Origin: Candidatus Hydrogenedentota bacterium
GTDB lineage: Bacteria > Hydrogenedentota > Hydrogenedentia > Hydrogenedentales > SLHB01
Direction of reading: 5' to 3'
Assembly: GCA_045863295.1 (NCBI GenBank)
Contig: BTWA01000001.1
Span: forward strand, 293,686 to 357,685
DNA: 64,000 nt
Part shown: piece by piece, positions 59,859 to 64,000 of the stretch
Numbering within the stretch: position 1 is the stretch's first letter
How the letters are laid out: each line of letters starts with the position of its first letter
Translations under genes and position numbers: made by a program
The notes under the pieces: generated by a model
The model's input: only the letters and a program-made list of their open reading frames with translations
Told to the model about the DNA's origin: nothing
The model's database searches: none

Positions 59859-62800
59859 TCAGAAGGTAACTTTAAACGTTTTGACCTGATACGGAGTGGT
59901 GTAGTAGGCAATGCTGTTGCCGGTGATTTTGACTGGTTTGTCCTTCTCCTCCACCAGATTGCATTCCACGATTCTTTTTGGTTTACGGTCGAAGGTCACG
60001 GTGACGTCGCCGCGCCAGCCGTAGGCTTCGTAGAGCCGCACGACAATGGCGTTGCTGTCTTCGTGGCGCTTTACCCAGTCGATGCATACGTTCTCCGCGT
60101 CGACACTGGCGAATGCAGCCGCCTCGGGTTCCGCGCCCTTGGCCGGTTTTGCCACCACGCAGAAGAGGGGGACGTTGAGTTCGTAGCCGGTTTGCACAGT
60201 ACCCGTGCGCCAATCGCCCCCGTGCGGATAGAGCGAATAGATGAACTCATGATGGCCTTCGTCCGCGCGCGGATCCGGATCGATTGAGGAGCGGAGCAAC
60301 GAGAGGCGAAGGACGTTGTCCTTCACGTCATAGCCGTATTTGCAGTCGTTTAACAGGCTTACACCGTAGTTGCTTTCGGAGAGGTCGGCCCATTTGATGG
60401 CGGGTACTTCAAACCGGCCCCGATCGCGTGCGTCGTTTCGATGGGTGGGGCGTTCAATGGTACCGTATTGGATTTCGAACGCGGCGCTGCTGCTACGCAC
60501 GTCTACGGGAAACGCCACTTTCAACAAGGTGCGTTTCTCGTTCCATTCGACCTTGGTATCGAAATCGATTCGCGGGGAGTTGGCGTACATGATGACGTCT
60601 TGTCGAATAACGCTTTTTTCGGTTTTTCGCACGAATCGGACCACGGCTCTCACAGGACCTGTTTCGATGACTTTGATCGATTCCGGGGCGTCCGGTTCCC
60701 ACGCAATTTCCTCGAAGTTGTGGTCGATATCCCACGCGTCGTGATCGTATGGACGATCGTCGAAGAGCTGCAGAACGTTGCCAGTTTGCCCCGGTGCGAG
60801 CACTTCCCTCTCGAACAATTTGTCGTACAGGGTTTTAATACGGCCTTTCGCATCAAAGGTCAATCGCACGAATTCGTTTTCCATGCCGTTCTTGCTGGCT
60901 TTCAACAGCCCCGCAGAGGCGGCGGCGTCTTCCGCGGCGCCGCTCATTACGCGATACACCGCATGGCCGAGTGTGGGTACGCCATCGGCCTGAAACAAAA
61001 GAGAGCCGTCCGCGGCCACTTGATGAGGAACGGCGTCTCCATGAGGCGATACGACGTGAAATGTGCCTTTGGGTATTGCGACCGCCGCCGTGGCGATATC
61101 ATTGCGCACCCAGCTCAGGGAATTGAACACAACGATGGGGGTGCCGGGTCCAGACGTGTCAATGCGTTTGACGAGATGGGCTGCGGCGTTATCCCGCACG
61201 GAAGTTGCCAGTTGCTTTGCTTCCGCATAGTCTTTGTCGGCGGTGGTGTACACTTCGGTCAGTGAGGAACCTGGCAGGATGTCGTGAAACTGGTTTGTCA
61301 GCACGATCTTCCATGCCTTAATCAGGGTCTCGTTGTCGTATTTTCCGCCCGCGAGCAGCGCGAGCGATGAAAGAAACTCCGCGTCGCGCAGCAAGAATTC
61401 GCATTTGCGGTTGTTGCGTTTGGTTCGGGCCTGCGTGGTTTGGCAGCCTCGATGCAGTTCGAGGTACAACTCGCCGTTGTAGACGGGGATGGACTTGCCT
61501 TCGGCCTGCACCTGCATCCGATCTACCGTGTCCTCAAGACGGCCAAACTCCATTTTGGGCACGCCGACGATGTTGTTGAGACGGCGTCCGCGCTCAATCA
61601 TGGCCATTGTAGGGCCGCCGCCGCCGTCGCCCCAACCGAACGAGAAGGGGAGCTCATCCACAAGTTCCTTCTGTTTGAAGAGGTTCCATTGGGCGATGCA
61701 GTCTTTCGGCACCGGGTTGCCGTTGTAATTGAGCGGGGGCATGACGGCGGTAATGCGAGTTCCATCGATGCCTTCCCATTCGAACATGCTGTATGGAAAC
61801 GGCGCGAACTGACTCCAGTCAATTTTGGTGGTGATGAAAGCCGTTAATCCGCACCCTTTCATGATCTGCGGCAGCGACCAAGTGTACCCGAAGGAGTCGG
61901 GGACCCACGCGATGTGCGAACGGCGTCCGAATTCTTTTTCGAAGAACCGGTTGCCGTACAGGTATTGCCGGATGAGTGATTCACCGGCGGGCACATTGTG
62001 ATCGGGTTCGACCCACGGCGCGCCGCACAGTTCCCACCGGCCTTCTTTCACCCGTTGCTTGATTCGGGTGTAGAGTTCGGGCCAGTACGTCTTGATCCAT
62101 TCGTATTGGATGGGCTGACTGCAGGAGAAATGAAATTCCGGATACATATCCATGAGTTTGAGTATCGTGGAAAATGTGCGGCTGCATTTGCGCTGGGTTT
62201 CCCGGAGTGGCCAAAGCCACGCGGTGTCGATGTGTGCATGGCCCGCCAAGACGAGTTTGCCCATGCCGTAGCTGTTGGCGAATTCCTTCAGTCCGGACCG
62301 GAGATGTTTCTGGGCTTTCGCGATGGAGTGGAAGTAGGAGGTCTCGCCTTTGTGTTGGAGATCCACCGCCCATACAGCGTCGTGCAGCAACTTCACGAGT
62401 TTACGTTGTGGCGCATAGTTGACATCGAGTTCGTCAGAGACCTCAAGGGCGGTCTTCACGTCCCAATAGAATTCCCACACAAGCGGGTTCATTACGGCGA
62501 TATCGGCATACGCGAAGATATGATGCAGGTCGAATCGCGTGCTGGGACAGGCTTCGAGCACGATCTCGAATTTTTCGCCGCCCTTGGCCTTTTCAACGAG
62601 GACCAATTCATCGCGATTGCGATCAAGCCCCTGGAACGGCACTCCGTTGATGTACGCGAGCGATTCGCCGCCTTCGGTCAATCCGGTTGCCGTGGGGATG
62701 AAGGAGGATTCCGCGGCGCGCACGAGGGCGACAACCCGTTTTCCGCTGAACGATTTGGGGATGGTCAGCCGAAGTTTGAACCAGGTCGTCTGGTCGAATC

Positions 62801-62996
62801 CGCCCCACATCTGGAGGACTTTGAACGGTTTCCAGCCGGTTTTGGGCATACGTTCGGGGCCCTTCCCTTTCCCCGTAACGCAATACTGAATGTCGGCGAT
62901 GGGTTGGCGATTGGAATACAGCGTTCCGTACACTTCATTTAAGCGGCGTTCCAACTGGGCCCGTTCGATTCTTCGTTCGGCTTCCACGTGAGGCAT
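59859..62996 (-). CDS. Alpha-mannosidase, GH38
   Basis: GHAHIDTAWLWP, GESLIRQ, WVPDSFGY, GWGDGGGGP, GELYLELHRG, NQFHDILPGS. Confidence 0.95.
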   Translation of the reverse strand: MPHVEAERRIERAQLERRLNEVYGTLYSNRQPIADIQYCVTGKGKGPERMPKTGWKPFKVLQMWGGFDQTTWFKLRLTIPKSFSGKRVVALVRAAESSFIPTATGLTEGGESLAYINGVPFQGLDRNRDELVLVEKAKGGEKFEIVLEACPSTRFDLHHIFAYADIAVMNPLVWEFYWDVKTALEVSDELDVNYAPQRKLVKLLHDAVWAVDLQHKGETSYFHSIAKAQKHLRSGLKEFANSYGMGKLVLAGHAHIDTAWLWPLRETQRKCSRTFSTILKLMDMYPEFHFSCSQPIQYEWIKTYWPELYTRIKQRVKEGRWELCGAPWVEPDHNVPAGESLIRQYLYGNRFFEKEFGRRSHIAWVPDSFGYTWSLPQIMKGCGLTAFITTKIDWSQFAPFPYSMFEWEGIDGTRITAVMPPLNYNGNPVPKDCIAQWNLFKQKELVDELPFSFGWGDGGGGPTMAMIERGRRLNNIVGVPKMEFGRLEDTVDRMQVQAEGKSIPVYNGELYLELHRGCQTTQARTKRNNRKCEFLLRDAEFLSSLALLAGGKYDNETLIKAWKIVLTNQFHDILPGSSLTEVYTTADKDYAEAKQLATSVRDNAAAHLVKRIDTSGPGTPIVVFNSLSWVRNDIATAAVAIPKGTFHVVSPHGDAVPHQVAADGSLLFQADGVPTLGHAVYRVMSGAAEDAAASAGLLKASKNGMENEFVRLTFDAKGRIKTLYDKLFEREVLAPGQTGNVLQLFDDRPYDHDAWDIDHNFEEIAWEPDAPESIKVIETGPVRAVVRFVRKTEKSVIRQDVIMYANSPRIDFDTKVEWNEKRTLLKVAFPVDVRSSSAAFEIQYGTIERPTHRNDARDRGRFEVPAIKWADLSESNYGVSLLNDCKYGYDVKDNVLRLSLLRSSIDPDPRADEGHHEFIYSLYPHGGDWRTGTVQTGYELNVPLFCVVAKPAKGAEPEAAAFASVDAENVCIDWVKRHEDSNAIVVRLYEAYGWRGDVTVTFDRKPKRIVECNLVEEKDKPVKITGNSIAYYTTPYQVKTFKVTF

Positions 62997-63333
62997 GACA
63001 GTAAGACCCTGTTCTTATGAGATGTTGTTGATTGGAAAACTCGGCACACCCGGCAAAAAGCAGCGAATTATATCCGCGGACCCGTCACGAACCAAATTGC
63101 GCGCCCATCAGCGTGTAACGCGTCCAATTTTGGCTGGTATGTAGGAGTGAAGGTCGCATTCTGGTCGGAGTATGGCGCCACATGCCACGAATGCATTGTA
63201 TTACGGATTTGCCGTCACGTGTGCGTCATCACGGTGGGAGAGCCTGCCGACGCCTTGGGGAAGGAGTGCGCCACCGCAAGCGGAATCACCGGCTGCCGTC
63301 ACGTGACGGATAGAGTGTCCGTTGTCCTTATGG

Positions 63334-63433
63334 TTGTGTGGAGATCCGAACGGGATCGTGTAAGCGAACGACAACAGGGAAAAATCCAGGCCCACTGCCC
63401 TTAGTTGCCAACCCGTTCGGATCTTCCACACAA
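63334..63433. repeat. 21/22-bp near-perfect inverted repeat flanking a 57-bp spacer
   Basis: TTGTGTGGAGATCCGAACGGG (63334-63354) and CCCGTTCGGATCTTCCACACAA (63412-63433). Confidence 0.85.
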
Positions 63434-63495
63434 TCTCGAATGCACACGTTGCGCAGCGGCATCCTACTCGCCTTGGCTATGCGCAATCCATGGCG

Positions 63496-64000
63496 TCAAC
63501 GCAGGGGCAATGTGACAAGGGCCTGCGCCCCTTTTTCCGGTGAACTCGCCAGTTCAATGACGCCCCCGTGTTCTTCGATGATGCCTTTGGTTATTGCGAG
63601 TCCAAGGCCCGTGCCCGTTGATTTCGTGGTGAAATACGGGTCGAATGCCCTTTCCGCGGCTTCCTGTGTCAAACCGGGTCCATCGTCGCGAATTTCGATT
63701 TGGCATGCCACGTCATTCACTCTTGAGAAAAGCCGGACACGGCCGCCCTCGGGCGTGGCCTCCAACGCATTGATCAAGACGTTCAGAATTGCCCGGCGGG
63801 CCTGTTTGGGATCCAGCATGAGTTCCACATTGCCCGCGCGGAGGTCCGCTGTCAATTCCACCTTGCGAATACGGGCATCCTCGACAACCAGACGCACGCA
63901 CTCCTCGAGCAATGCATCAATGTGTACCGGCTCGGGCCGCAACTCGCGCTCTTTCGCGAGCGACAAAAACCCAGTCACAATTTCCTCCAGGCGATCGACC
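63496..64000 (-). CDS. Sensor histidine kinase, C-terminal HATPase part (5' end outside the window)
   Basis: N box (NVLINALEA), DDGPG, FDPYFTTK, GTGLGL. Confidence 0.92.
   Translation of the reverse strand, partial: VDRLEEIVTGFLSLAKERELRPEPVHIDALLEECVRLVVEDARIRKVELTADLRAGNVELMLDPKQARRAILNVLINALEATPEGGRVRLFSRVNDVACQIEIRDDGPGLTQEAAERAFDPYFTTKSTGTGLGLAITKGIIEEHGGVIELASSPEKGAQALVTLPLR

Noticed and set aside
63147..63431. Short ORFs on both strands between the mannosidase and the kinase
   Set aside because: No motifs or well-spaced RBS, and they overlap the inverted-repeat element.

Overview
GC-rich chromosomal segment from a diderm, LPS-producing bacterium (waaA and a secretin are present). The gene content is loosely suggestive of Candidatus Hydrogenedentota or a PVC-like lineage, but that is inference only. 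From left to right it contains: (1) a type IV pilus/T2SS alignment operon (PilM-PilN fusion, PilO-like, PilP-like, and a 1075-aa TPR-secretin carrying 18 GGFGG repeats); (2) waaA and a CUT1 sugar ABC transporter; (3) an alpha/beta-hydrolase lipoprotein, an SCP2 protein, and a ~1.45-kb structured non-coding region ending at a 59-aa histone-H1-like gene missed by the ORF track; (4) a peptidoglycan-recycling cluster (serine hydrolase-NamZ fusion, sugar kinase-MurQ fusion, SpoIID/LytB protein, motif-degenerate AnmK) with dprA embedded; (5) a DUF4091/GH123-like enzyme, small proteins and a sodium:solute symporter; (6) an IMPase with a Lys-rich tail, zwf and pgl; (7) a mostly minus-strand run (acyltransferase, LamG protein, methyltransferase, Ser/Thr kinase-WD40, GT9, GT39-like, ADH, CBM9, ispA, xseB, xseA); (8) a MacAB-like exporter, a CBM9 plus putative glycoside hydrolase, a GH38 alpha-mannosidase and a partial histidine kinase. 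I saw no rRNA, tRNA, CRISPR array or transposase. All calls come from reading motifs by eye; no database searches were run.
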